From: an uncultured Desulfobacter sp.
GTDB lineage: Bacteria > Desulfobacterota > Desulfobacteria > Desulfobacterales > Desulfobacteraceae
Assembly: GCA_963665095.1 (NCBI GenBank)
Contig: OY762069.1
Span: forward strand, 917,583 to 981,582
Length of the DNA: 64,000 bases
Reading direction: 5' to 3'
The notes beneath the pieces were generated by a model. It did no database searches. It was not told the origin of the DNA and saw only the letters and a list, made by a program, of their open reading frames with translations. Position 1 is the first letter of the stretch, and each line of letters opens with the position of its first letter. Made by a program: the position numbers and the translations under genes. Positions 36,609-45,852 of the stretch are shown piece by piece.

Positions 36609-38234
36609 GTGAAAACCGCGTGGTTATGGTATATACAACGCATGAATAAAGAGGCTTTTGCAGACATAAATGACGTTGAGAAATTAAAAGAAATGATGGC
36701 TTGTTTTGTCAATGATTTTTCAGATAGAGAGCACAATTATAAAGCCGAAATCAAAATTCTCAACGAACAGATTAAAAGCCTTCGGGACCAACTTTTTGGT
36801 AAAAAGACAGAAAAAATCCATAAGGATGACGGTCAACTATCCCTTTTCGATACTTTTGAGCCGGAAACTCCCATATTGGACGAACCCGAAGATATCAGCG
36901 TGCCTGCCCATAATCGAAAGAAGCCAGGGTGCAGGCCTTTGCCTGAAAACCTTCCACGGGTTGAAGTGATCCACGATCTGACCGAGGAAGAAAAAATATG
37001 TGCCTGTGGCTGCATGAAATCCCGTTGCGGCAAAGAAGAATCTGAACAGCTTGAAATTATTCCGGCACAAGTGAGAGTAATCAGAAACATTCGTTATAAA
37101 TACGCTTGCAAAAACTGCGAAGGTGTTGACGATGATGGGCCAACAGTGTCCATTGCCAGAATGCCGGAACAAATGATCCCCAAGAGCATCGCAACCCCAG
37201 GGCTTTTGGCCCATATCCTGACAGCCAAATTTGCAGATGCTTTACCCTTCTACCGGCAGGAAAAACAGTTTAACCGAATTGGAGTAGACATCCACAGGTC
37301 CAATATGTGCAATTGGGCTATGAAAGTGGCCCAGGCCTGTGAGATCCTGCTGGAATATATGAGGGATGAAATCCTTAAAGGCCCAGTGATAAATATTGAC
37401 GAAACAACAGTCCAGGTTCTTAAAGAACCCAAACGGTCAAAATGCTATATGTGGGTGTTCAAAGGAGGGGCACCGGATAATCCCATTATTCTGTTCCAGT
37501 ATCACGCAACTCGATCCGGGGATGTTGCCCGGAATTTTTTGAACGATTATCAAGGTATTGTCCAGACGGATGGCTATGCTGGCTATGACTTTCTTGATCA
37601 TATCGTGGGAATTATTCATATTGCGTGTTGGGTACACGCACGTCGAAAGTTCATGGCTGTGTCCAAAGCTGCCGGAAATAAAAATGGCAACCCGACGGGA
37701 ATCGCAGGCAAAGCCCTGAAGTACATCAGCAAGTTATATAAAATAGAGAAAGAGGCCAAAGAACTTGGTTTGTCTGCTGAGGGACTTTACCGGAAAAGAC
37801 AGGAACTATCCTTGCCTATCCTTGATGAATTTAAAAAATGGTTGGATGCTCAAGTTGAAAAGGTACCGCCCAAAAGTCTTCTTGGTAAAGCCATTAACTA
37901 CACCCTTAATCAATGGCATAGATTGGTTCTGTATACGGCAAGTGGTCTGGTAATGCCGGATAATAATGTAGTCGAAAATGCCATAAGACCCTTTGTGGTG
38001 GGCAGAAAAAATTGGTTGTTTTCATGTACACCTGCGGGCGCCGATGCCAGTGCCTGCATTTACAGCCTGATCGAAACAGCCAAGGCCAATGGACTTGAAC
38101 CTTACTGGTACCTCAAATTTCTCTTTGAAAATTTACCGGAAGCCATGACAGAGGACGAATTCAAAGCCTTGATGCCACAAAACGTAGATAAACATTTGCT
38201 GGAATCCAACTATACAACACCCCGTCAGGCTTAA
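36609..38234 (+). CDS. tnpC: IS66 DDE transposase (TnpC)
   Basis: Leucine-zipper N-terminus, a zinc motif (CACGC..CKNCEG) and an IS66-type catalytic core. The likely start is ATG 36642. Confidence 0.9.
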   Translation: MKTAWLWYIQRMNKEAFADINDVEKLKEMMACFVNDFSDREHNYKAEIKILNEQIKSLRDQLFGKKTEKIHKDDGQLSLFDTFEPETPILDEPEDISVPAHNRKKPGCRPLPENLPRVEVIHDLTEEEKICACGCMKSRCGKEESEQLEIIPAQVRVIRNIRYKYACKNCEGVDDDGPTVSIARMPEQMIPKSIATPGLLAHILTAKFADALPFYRQEKQFNRIGVDIHRSNMCNWAMKVAQACEILLEYMRDEILKGPVINIDETTVQVLKEPKRSKCYMWVFKGGAPDNPIILFQYHATRSGDVARNFLNDYQGIVQTDGYAGYDFLDHIVGIIHIACWVHARRKFMAVSKAAGNKNGNPTGIAGKALKYISKLYKIEKEAKELGLSAEGLYRKRQELSLPILDEFKKWLDAQVEKVPPKSLLGKAINYTLNQWHRLVLYTASGLVMPDNNVVENAIRPFVVGRKNWLFSCTPAGADASACIYSLIETAKANGLEPYWYLKFLFENLPEAMTEDEFKALMPQNVDKHLLESNYTTPRQA

Positions 38235-38940
38235 AAAGGTGCGGTTGATACACCGCTTACCATTATTCCCATAAAATCCTTCTACTTACTCACCACAACC
38301 ATTTACCCAAGCCATTCGGCCCGGGTACCGTTCAGGCCTTCATCGGGGTGAGGCCTCCGGGTGTACTTCTCCCATGCCAGGGAGGCCCGGCTCGTTTCCT
38401 CCGACTACTATGCCCTCTGCTGACTTCTCCCATGCGGTCAGGACCAGTTACCCGGCCCTCAGCCAATCCGGCACATGGGAGATCTCCCGGGGTAAACACG
38501 TGTCTTTCAGTACGTGAATGCCGGATTTACGGACATACCCTGTAATGGATAGAGGACTTCACCTTGTTGTGCAGGCTCGTCCCGGTATGTGCGCCTTATA
38601 TCCGATTCCTGTACGTCACCCCGTACCTTCGTGGTACCTTGCCTCAGCAAGGCGGCTTCCTCCCGAAGCACCGTCACCGATACCCCGTTGCACTACCACT
38701 ACGCCCTTCGCCTCCATCCGGCTGGGCCTAAGACTTGTCAAATGCTTTAAAATTCATTACATTTGACTCACTTTTAAGCTCACGTGCCGTGCCCGGCACA
38801 CACAAATCGCTGGAGAGGGACCAGGCTTACTGCGCGGCCTTTCGGGAGGGCCTGGTTCAGGAAATTTTATCTTTTTATCGGGAGTTTTTGGGTTTAAAAG
38901 CCTGGCCCCTCAGCTCCCCGTTAACTCCCCTAAAAAAAAC

Positions 38941-38969
38941 TTGCTCCCAAATCGGAAACGTCTTATATT
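38941..38969 (+). promoter_or_regulatory. sigma70-like promoter of higBA cassette (TTGCTC-17-TATATT), with ATG 6 nt downstream
   Basis: Hexamers lie at 38941-38946 and 38964-38969, and the ATG is at 38976. Confidence 0.45.
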
Positions 38970-38975
38970 GATTTT

Positions 38976-39269
38976 ATGAGAGTGATCTCCAGAAAAATGA
39001 TAAAAGAATTTTGGGAAATCCATCCTGATGCAGAACAGCAGCTTCGAGCATGGTATACGAAAACCAAATTGGCCAAGTGGAAGTCACCTTCTGATATTAA
39101 AAATGATTACAGAAATGCGAGTTTTGTCGCTAATAATCGTGTGGTTTTTAATATCAAGGGGAATAATTATCGGTTAATTTCGGCTATCAATTACGAGTTC
39201 GGTATTGTTTACATTCGTTTTGTTGGCACTCACAAGGAATATGATAAAATTGATGCAACATTAATATGA
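38976..39269 (+). CDS. higB: HigB-family toxin (mRNA interferase)
   Basis: MRVISRKMIKEFWEIHPDAEQQLRAWY..FNIKGNNYRLISAINYEFGIVYIRFVGTHKEYDKI. Confidence 0.85.
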   Translation: MRVISRKMIKEFWEIHPDAEQQLRAWYTKTKLAKWKSPSDIKNDYRNASFVANNRVVFNIKGNNYRLISAINYEFGIVYIRFVGTHKEYDKIDATLI

Positions 39270-39278
39270 GGGCAAACA

Positions 39279-39650
39279 ATGGAAATAAAACCAATTAAAA
39301 CTGAAAACGACTATCTTAACGCATTAAATGAAATTGAAAAAATAATTGATGCAAAGAAAGACACTCCTGAAGGGGATAAACTCGACATCTTGGTTACGCT
39401 TGTTGAAGCATATGAAGAAAATAACTATCCGATTCTCCCTCCTGATCCGGTAGAGGCAATTATACATCAAATGGAAAGCCAGGGGCTATCACGAAAAGAT
39501 CTTGAGCCTTTAATCGGATCAAGAGCCAGAGTGTCTGAAATTTTAAATAGAAAAAGATCCTTGTCGCTCAACATGATAAGAAAACTGCAAAAAGGACTAG
39601 GGATATCAGCAGAAATACTGGTCACGCCTTATCAACTTGAAGCTTCATGA
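39279..39650 (+). CDS. higA: HigA-family antitoxin (XRE HTH)
   Basis: N-terminal dimerisation region plus an HTH (LSRKDLEPLIGSRARVSEILNRKRSLSLNMIRKL). Confidence 0.85.
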   Translation: MEIKPIKTENDYLNALNEIEKIIDAKKDTPEGDKLDILVTLVEAYEENNYPILPPDPVEAIIHQMESQGLSRKDLEPLIGSRARVSEILNRKRSLSLNMIRKLQKGLGISAEILVTPYQLEAS

Positions 39651-40796
39651 TTTTGAAAAATATGAATTAACACTTAGAAGGTCCCTAATTGTCAATAAAT
39701 AAAATAATCGTGTCGAAATCAAAGGGCTGCCTTTCTTTCTTTACCTTCACGTTCAAGGTGTTCCCTGTTTTTTGAACCCGGTACTGACTTGTATTTCATA
39801 TCCGGAGACAGAAAAATTCTGCACCAAACACTTATTGAGGATCAACCACCGGTGGTCAAAGGGTTGCCATTGAATAATTTCAACGGTCCTTTGCCTGGCA
39901 GCTGCAGCAGTTCCAAATTTGCTGCGTCCTAGAAACTGTAATGTTCCCTTATGCCGTCCTATTCAAAACCGGCCTGGTCATAAAAAATATGCCAGAGTTA
40001 GTTGCGGGATCGGGGGAGGAGCAGAACCTGATCAAAAAAACTATGGGTATAAGAGCCCGGCGGATGTCCAATCAAAACAGTTGGCTGTGGTAATGGCAGA
40101 GTATGGACAGTGAACATGCTCAAAGCATATAGGGTTTGTCCCCTGTATAACCATACCGGCTGCACGAACAATAACGCCAGTTAGGCTCTCGGGATCATCC
40201 GCCGCCTCTTTAGCCGACGGCTAAAAATGCTTTCATATCAAAAACCTTTCTGGTTTTCAGCATATGATAAACGGCCCGGCCAAGTTTGTGGGCCAGGATG
40301 GACAGTGCTTTTCCCTTGCCATGTTTATTGCACAGTTTGTTGTAATATTTTTGCCCGGGTTCATTGCCCTTGAGGAACAGTTGTGCGGCTTGGGAAAAAG
40401 ACCAACGCAAATGTGCATTACCGATTTTCTTCCCGGAAGAACCATATTTTTTGCCGTTGGATTCTTTGGCGCATTTAACAAGCCTGGAGTATGAACCAAA
40501 ATTCTGGACTCTGGGGAATCGACTGATAACATTCTCCCTGTTTTTAGGCCTGTTGGAAATCCGTCCCAAAGTCTCCTGCAAATTATACTGGCTGGCTGTA
40601 TTTTGAGCATGGGTAAAAAGCTCTGCACGTTTTCGCATAAAGTAGTTTCTTCTACGCATTAAATCCCTGGTTGAGCGCATGTGGGAAGGATAGGCGTATG
40701 CGGTAGGTATAATGGACCCCGAAATTTGAACCAGTTGCTAAGGTACATATGAGGTGATAAAAACCCGGTTCAAATTTGTACCGAAAAAGGAGGTCC

Positions 40797-41081
40797 ATGA
40801 GAAAAAATTATACCGGAAAGTTCAAAGCTAAAGTTGTAGTTGATGTGATTCGAGAAAATGAAACTCTTGCGGAGTTGTCATCCAAATACCAGGTTCATCG
40901 AACTATGTTAAACAGATGGAAGAAAGAAGCGATAGAGGGTCTTCCGACGTTGTTTTCATCAGCGAAAAAGAAAAGCCCAAATGATACTCAGAATCTAATA
41001 GACGAATTATATAAGAAAATCGGTCAGCTCGAAGTTGAGAATGACTGGTTAAAAAAAAAGGTTAATACAATCAATCTCTGA
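40797..41081 (+). CDS. IS3 OrfA (HTH)
   Basis: An AAGGAGG RBS precedes ATG 40797. Contains ..KFKAKVVVDVIRENETLAELSSKYQVHRTMLNRWKKE.. Confidence 0.85.
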   Translation: MRKNYTGKFKAKVVVDVIRENETLAELSSKYQVHRTMLNRWKKEAIEGLPTLFSSAKKKSPNDTQNLIDELYKKIGQLEVENDWLKKKVNTINL

Positions 41082-41091
41082 CAGAAGGGGG

Positions 41092-41898
41092 TTGATAGAT
41101 AAACAACATCCTTCCATCAGCATTAACCGGCAGTGTGAACTGCTTCAGGTTTCAAAAGGGGCGTTGTATTACAGGCCGGTAGCCATAAGCCCGTATACAT
41201 TAACCCTTATGGATCTGCTTGATGAGCAGCATACCAAAACCCCCTTTTATGGAAGCCGTAGGCTTACAGCCTGGCTGAACAATATGGGGTATCCGGTAAG
41301 CAGGAAACGAGTACAGCGCCTGATGAAGCTGATGAGAATAGAAGCGATTTACCCAGGACCTAAAACAACAAGGAGGGATGAAAGCCATAAAGTTTACCCC
41401 TATTTGCTGAAAAATGCCGTAATTGACAGGCCAGATCAGGTATGGAGTACAGATATCACATACATTAGAATTGGAAACGGATTTATGTACTTATTGGCGG
41501 TTATGGATTGGTTTAGCAGATATGTCCTTTCATGGCGCCTCAGTAACACCCTTGAGAATACATTTTGTATTGAGGCCCTTGAGGAGGCATTGATTGTATC
41601 GACACCTGAGATTTTCAACACTGACCAGGGTAGTCAGTTCACTTCATTAAAATTTTTGAAGATACTCCAGGCTAAAAACATCAAAATCAGCATGGATTCA
41701 AAGGGCAGAGCCTTGGACAACGTTTTTGTGGAACGGCTGTGGAGAACGATTAAATACGAAGAAGTCTATTTGAAGGACTACAGAACGGTAAGAGAGGCTC
41801 AGCAATCGTTAAAAGCGTTTATCGGGTTTTATAATCGGGAGAGACTTCATTCAGCCCTGGGGTATAAGGTGCCGTTTTCGGTCTATCGAGCGGCTTAA
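41092..41898 (+). CDS. IS3 OrfB (DDE integrase core), normally expressed as an OrfAB frameshift fusion
   Basis: ..VWSTDITYI.. / ..FNTDQGSQFTS.. / ..DNVFVERLWRTIKYE.. Confidence 0.85.
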   Translation: MIDKQHPSISINRQCELLQVSKGALYYRPVAISPYTLTLMDLLDEQHTKTPFYGSRRLTAWLNNMGYPVSRKRVQRLMKLMRIEAIYPGPKTTRRDESHKVYPYLLKNAVIDRPDQVWSTDITYIRIGNGFMYLLAVMDWFSRYVLSWRLSNTLENTFCIEALEEALIVSTPEIFNTDQGSQFTSLKFLKILQAKNIKISMDSKGRALDNVFVERLWRTIKYEEVYLKDYRTVREAQQSLKAFIGFYNRERLHSALGYKVPFSVYRAA

Positions 41899-42555
41899 AG
41901 GAAAGGCCTGATGCCTCCGGCGGCCCTACGGGGTATTGATTTCGCGCTAAGGCGCGAGGATTTAACGCATTAAGGACAAAAACATGGGGGAAGGACAGCA
42001 TACATTAAACGTATACTGCCCCCATGTCTTCGTCGCCAGCCACGGCGCTCAGGTTGCTTCCCAGCATTGCCCTATCCTCCGGGTTGGCGGCGGGAGGATA
42101 ACATAGCGGTATTAAATATCAAGAAAAATATGCCGGAAAAGAGGGTCTTTAACAGGCTGATTCGAAATTAGAAACAGAGAAAATGTAGCTTAAAAAACGT
42201 TAAAATCGGTCTTGACATGGGGTCCACTTCAAGGAATTAATTTGCCCCGGAGCAAAGAGGCTATTTTAAGAGAATCAATCTTGTCATTTTTGCTTTTGCC
42301 GCCATGAATGGCACGCATATACAGCGCATGTCCCAAGATGAAAGGAATTTTTTCTTCAGCACACAAGTCTGCCAGGAGTTTAGGAGATAAGTCTCTCGGG
42401 ATCGCTGAACGCCTTTATTGATAATGATAAGCCTTTTCGGATGTGTCTTTTGTAGTACCCCTCAAATTAAACCGTCTTCTATGTTAAAAACCCTGTCAAA
42501 CTGGGCTTTCTATTATTTTTTTTGATTTGTAAGACCTCACCATATACTATGAAGC

Positions 42556-43194
42556 ATGGCACATTTCCACATCAAGAAGAAAAAAGGAAGACCCTACCTT
42601 TATGTGAGGGAGATCGCTCGGGTAAACGGCAAGCCCAAGGTCATTTCTCAAACCTATATTGGTTCACCGGATCGGGTAGCGGGCCTTGTGAAGGGACAGT
42701 CTCAGGAAATAACAACCTTGAGGGCTGAAGAATTCGGTGCGCTGTGGTTGGCCCAGCAAGCAGATAAAGACTTTGATCTTTGCTCTTTGATTGATGGGAT
42801 TATTCCACCTGCAGATCGAGAAAAAGGACCTACAATAGGGGAATATTTCCTTTATTGTGTCTGGAATCACATGATTGAGACCGCCAGTAAAAACAAATTG
42901 TCGGATTGGTATAAGAGAGCCACGATCCAGCATATACGCCCTGTCGATCTAAACGAACTCTCATGCAAACGATACTGGGACAAATGGGACCGGGTTGATG
43001 AAAAAACCTTAAACGCTATCATATCCAAGTTCTTTGAACGTTTATGGCAGGTCGAAAACCCTTCTTCTGATTGCCTGCTATTTGACACCACTAATTATTA
43101 TACCTTCATGGGAAGCCAAACCGAGTCAAAAATAGCGCGCAGGGGTAAAAACAAGGAAGGGATGATCAGGAGGCGACCGTCAATCTCGTATTGA
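42556..43194 (+). pseudogene. IS1634/IS4-like transposase, N-terminal fragment
   Basis: MAHFHIKKKKGRPYLYVREIARVNGKPKVISQTYIGS.. . It stops after 212 aa without a DDE core. A further transposase-like N-terminal scrap lies on the - strand at 43098-43307. Confidence 0.5.
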
Positions 43195-43468
43195 ATGTTG
43201 GATGCTTTAAACATGGGAATCGACTGTTCATCCCAATTCCGCTTGTTGAGCTTTTTGCTTATTTTTTTCTTGCATTTTGCCAGTTTTTTGCTGATATTTT
43301 TATTCACTCGAAACGTCCTTTCAATTTGGTATATTTCGTTGTGGTAAACTTATTATACCTTTTATTGATAGGCGTTTCGAAGATTTTATCTCATTTTTAT
43401 TGCTTATCTCACGCTTGTTTTGAGATTAAAATGACAGTTTCTTGGAGAAGCCAGGAAAGGAGACAGTA

Positions 43469-44242
43469 ATGAAAGTCACCGTTTGCGAACTACCCAATAA
43501 CTGGATTAATTCTAAATCAGATCAAGAAAAATTCCTATATCATCTTGAATCTGAGAAGACTGAACTGTTGTTATTGCCTGAAATGCCTTTTTCTTCTTGG
43601 CTGGCGGGAAAGAGGCTGCCTGATAAGAAAGCGTGGGAAAAGGCTGTGGCTAATCATAACATTTGGATAGAGAGGCTGGAAGAATTCAATGTACCGGTTA
43701 TAGCCGGATCCCGGCCTGTGATAAAAGAGGGGAGGCCGCTGAATGTCGGATTTGTCTGGACCCGTGAACAAGGGGTAAAAGCGGTTCATGAAAAATATTA
43801 TCTTCCTGATGAAGAGGGGTTCTGGGAATCAAGCTGGTATCACCGGGGCGACGGTCGTTTTGAACTGATTACGATCAACGGCCTGAAAATCGGATTTCTG
43901 ATCTGTACGGAAATCTGGTTTAATCACCATGCACGGGAGTACGGCAAAATGGGGATGCATCTGCTGCTCTGCCCCCGTGCTGTGGGGTCGGTTACAACCG
44001 AGACCTGGCTGGCTGGCGGGCGGGCCGCGGCAAATGTGTCAGGGGCCTATTGCCTCTCTTCAAACTTTAATGGAGCCATTACGCCGGAGATGAATTTCGG
44101 AGGAACCGGATGGATAATAGAACCGGAAGAGGGATTTGTCATGGGCAGGACATCTGAAAAAGAGCCGTTTCTTACCTTGGAAATAGATATCAGTCAAGCT
44201 GAAAAGGCCAAAGTCACATACCCAAGGTATGTTAAAGAGTGA
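43469..44242 (+). CDS. carbon-nitrogen hydrolase (nitrilase superfamily) protein
   Basis: E in LLLPEMPF and the catalytic Cys in GFLICTEIWF. A GGAAAGGAG RBS precedes ATG 43469. Confidence 0.75.
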   Translation: MKVTVCELPNNWINSKSDQEKFLYHLESEKTELLLLPEMPFSSWLAGKRLPDKKAWEKAVANHNIWIERLEEFNVPVIAGSRPVIKEGRPLNVGFVWTREQGVKAVHEKYYLPDEEGFWESSWYHRGDGRFELITINGLKIGFLICTEIWFNHHAREYGKMGMHLLLCPRAVGSVTTETWLAGGRAAANVSGAYCLSSNFNGAITPEMNFGGTGWIIEPEEGFVMGRTSEKEPFLTLEIDISQAEKAKVTYPRYVKE

Positions 44243-44343
44243 TCTGTCCTGTCTTTTGGGGACAATTGATAATTGGGTTCAGCAGGATTCTTTTCATCGA
44301 TGAGTCGGGTACAGTCTGTCCAAAAACTGCAGATCCATATAAT

Positions 44344-44839
44344 ATGAGAATGAATCTATCTGTTATGGAAACTAAATTTTGCACAATTCTAAATGCCCTA
44401 AAAAGCCCTGTAAATGTCGGTATGATTTTAAGAAGTCATGTAGCTTATGGCGGTGCAGAATTTATATTCACCGGTCAGGATCATTCATGGAAATTCAAAA
44501 AAGGGACACAGGTATTTTCCAGAAAGTTAGAAAATCAGTGCAACATTCTTCACATACCTGATCAGTATGACGCCTTGAGATGGTGCAGAAAAAACAATTA
44601 TACGTCTATTGCTGTTGAGATTGCAAAAAAAAGCACATTTTCTGGATGAATTCTCATTTCAACATTGCTCGGCCATCATTGTTGGAAATGAAGAACATGG
44701 CCTTGATACCGGATTTACGGAAAAGTGTGACCATATTGTGACCATAAAGCAAATTGGAAAAGTTGGCAGTTTGAATGTTGCGGTATCAGCTTCGACGGCA
44801 ATGTTTGAATTCAACCGTCATTCCATTAAAGGGTGTTGA
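44344..44839 (+). pseudogene. SpoU/TrmH-family RNA methyltransferase, frameshifted in an A8 run (~44625-44632)
   Basis: The N-terminal part reads ..LKSPVNVGMILRSHVAYGG.. . The C-terminal part, in another frame, reads ..AIIVGNEEHGLD..IKQIGKVGSLNVAVSASTAMFE.. Confidence 0.65.
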
Positions 44840-45302
44840 AATCGATAACGTCTAAATATTACCAATCGCTTGAATCTGAAAGCATTTACGTCTAAAAAGG
44901 CCTCTGTTTAGTTGTAATATTTAATCGCCAAAAAAAAGAAAACACCACCACAGAGGCCTTATGCACGAGAAAAATATCAAGCGACTCATCACAAATCAAT
45001 TGAATAAAAAAAATTCCCGAACTGGAAAAGGATGCCAAAGAAGTCCAAAAAAGAGCTGACAAAACAAATCATGATAGAAGTTGAAGGCAATTATTATTCT
45101 CAGAGCCTGGTGTAGATTCCCGAAATAATCTGAACAAAAACCCGCCAAATTTTTCATATTAAATTGACAAAGTTCCATTTTTCTCAAATTATCCTGTACA
45201 GGTTCTGATCAAAGCATTCTGACAAAAATGAAAAGGGCGAAAAGCTTTGCAGAGCCTCGCCCTTAAGACCGGGATTTATAAAATCCCAAAACAACCATAA
45301 AA

Positions 45303-45749
45303 ATGATAATAAAGGTCAAAGCTGATATCAAGCAAATTTTCAAGCAGGGCAAAAATTTTACATGGCCAAAACCGTCACGATGTCCACATTGCAACGACTC
45401 CAGGCTGTGGGGACACGGCTTTGTACTCTCCTTTTTTGATGGATTTGATCAAGGGGTGTATTTGAAGCGATATCGCTGCCCCTATTGCAAAACCGTATTC
45501 AAATTGAAGCCATATGGTTTTTTCAAGAGGTTCCAGGCCAGTATCTGGCAAATCCTTACCAGCATTATGAGTCGTCTATACACAGACCGGTATCTGCCGG
45601 AACTCTCCTGGAGTCGACAGCATTTTTGGTTTACTGCATTGAAACGAAATATAGCGGCCTACCTGTCCAACAGTTGGGACAAAGGTGTGGTTGCTGGTTT
45701 TATCAAGCTAATCGGTATGGGTAAAATCCCGGTTACCAGTTCAATTTAA
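45303..45749 (+). CDS. zinc-ribbon accessory protein
   Basis: CPHCND .. CPYCKT. Confidence 0.45.
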   Translation: MIIKVKADIKQIFKQGKNFTWPKPSRCPHCNDSRLWGHGFVLSFFDGFDQGVYLKRYRCPYCKTVFKLKPYGFFKRFQASIWQILTSIMSRLYTDRYLPELSWSRQHFWFTALKRNIAAYLSNSWDKGVVAGFIKLIGMGKIPVTSSI

Positions 45750-45852
45750 CCATGGGGCTGGATCAGGTTTAAACCACCCTACCGAAGGCTGTGATTTACC
45801 GAAGGATCATACTGTCATACAAGCCCTTAGAACCAAATTTTAAGGAGGAAGT

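Larger units (their letters stand above)
35831..38260 (+). mobile_element. IS66-family insertion sequence
   Basis: Termini are GTAAGCGTTTAAAGG.. / ..CACCGCTTAC. The 8-bp direct repeat CATTATTC lies at 35823-35830 and 38261-38268. The tnpA-tnpB-tnpC gene order is present. Confidence 0.9.
35657..38801 (-). mobile_element. group II intron, family 1, ORF-less copy, disrupted by IS66
   Basis: It has the same deleted domain IV as the copy at 26379-27027. Sequence is continuous across the IS66 insertion once one 8-bp repeat is removed. Confidence 0.75.
35651..38926 (+). repeat. integron attC site, long type A (attC16), R'' interrupted by an ORF-less family 1 intron (which carries IS66)
   Basis: ggcaca|[intron]|ACAAATCgctggagagggaccaggcttactgcgcgg...aagcctggcccctcagctccccGTTAACT. 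Confidence 0.7.
40708..42231 (+). mobile_element. IS3-family insertion sequence
   Basis: IRs are TATAATGGACCCC.. / (rc) TGAAGTGGACCCC.. . The 3-bp direct repeat AGG lies at 40705-40707 and 42232-42234. orfA/orfB are present with an A9G slippery run at 41051-41060. Confidence 0.8.
40210..42414 (-). pseudogene. IS110-family transposase remnant (5'-truncated, and split by IS3)
   Basis: The C-terminal Transposase_20-type sequence lies at 40210-40707. Removing the IS3 plus one AGG restores ..LRGKLIP|TAYAYPSHMRSTRDL.. . The frame closes at a TAA near 42415, and the catalytic N-terminus is absent. Confidence 0.75.

Noticed and set aside
2621-38926. The regularly recurring ~125-bp repeats could be taken for a CRISPR array or REP/BIME clusters.
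   Set aside because: The repeats are 56-130-bp imperfect palindromes with AAC/GTT cores. They are separated by 0.4-3 kb gene-containing units, not by 25-40-bp spacers. No cas genes are present.
44996-45187. A 63-aa ORF on the - strand upstream of the second TniA/B-like module.
   Set aside because: It is low-complexity and AT-rich, with no RBS and no recognisable motif. It probably overlaps the undefined left end of the transposon.
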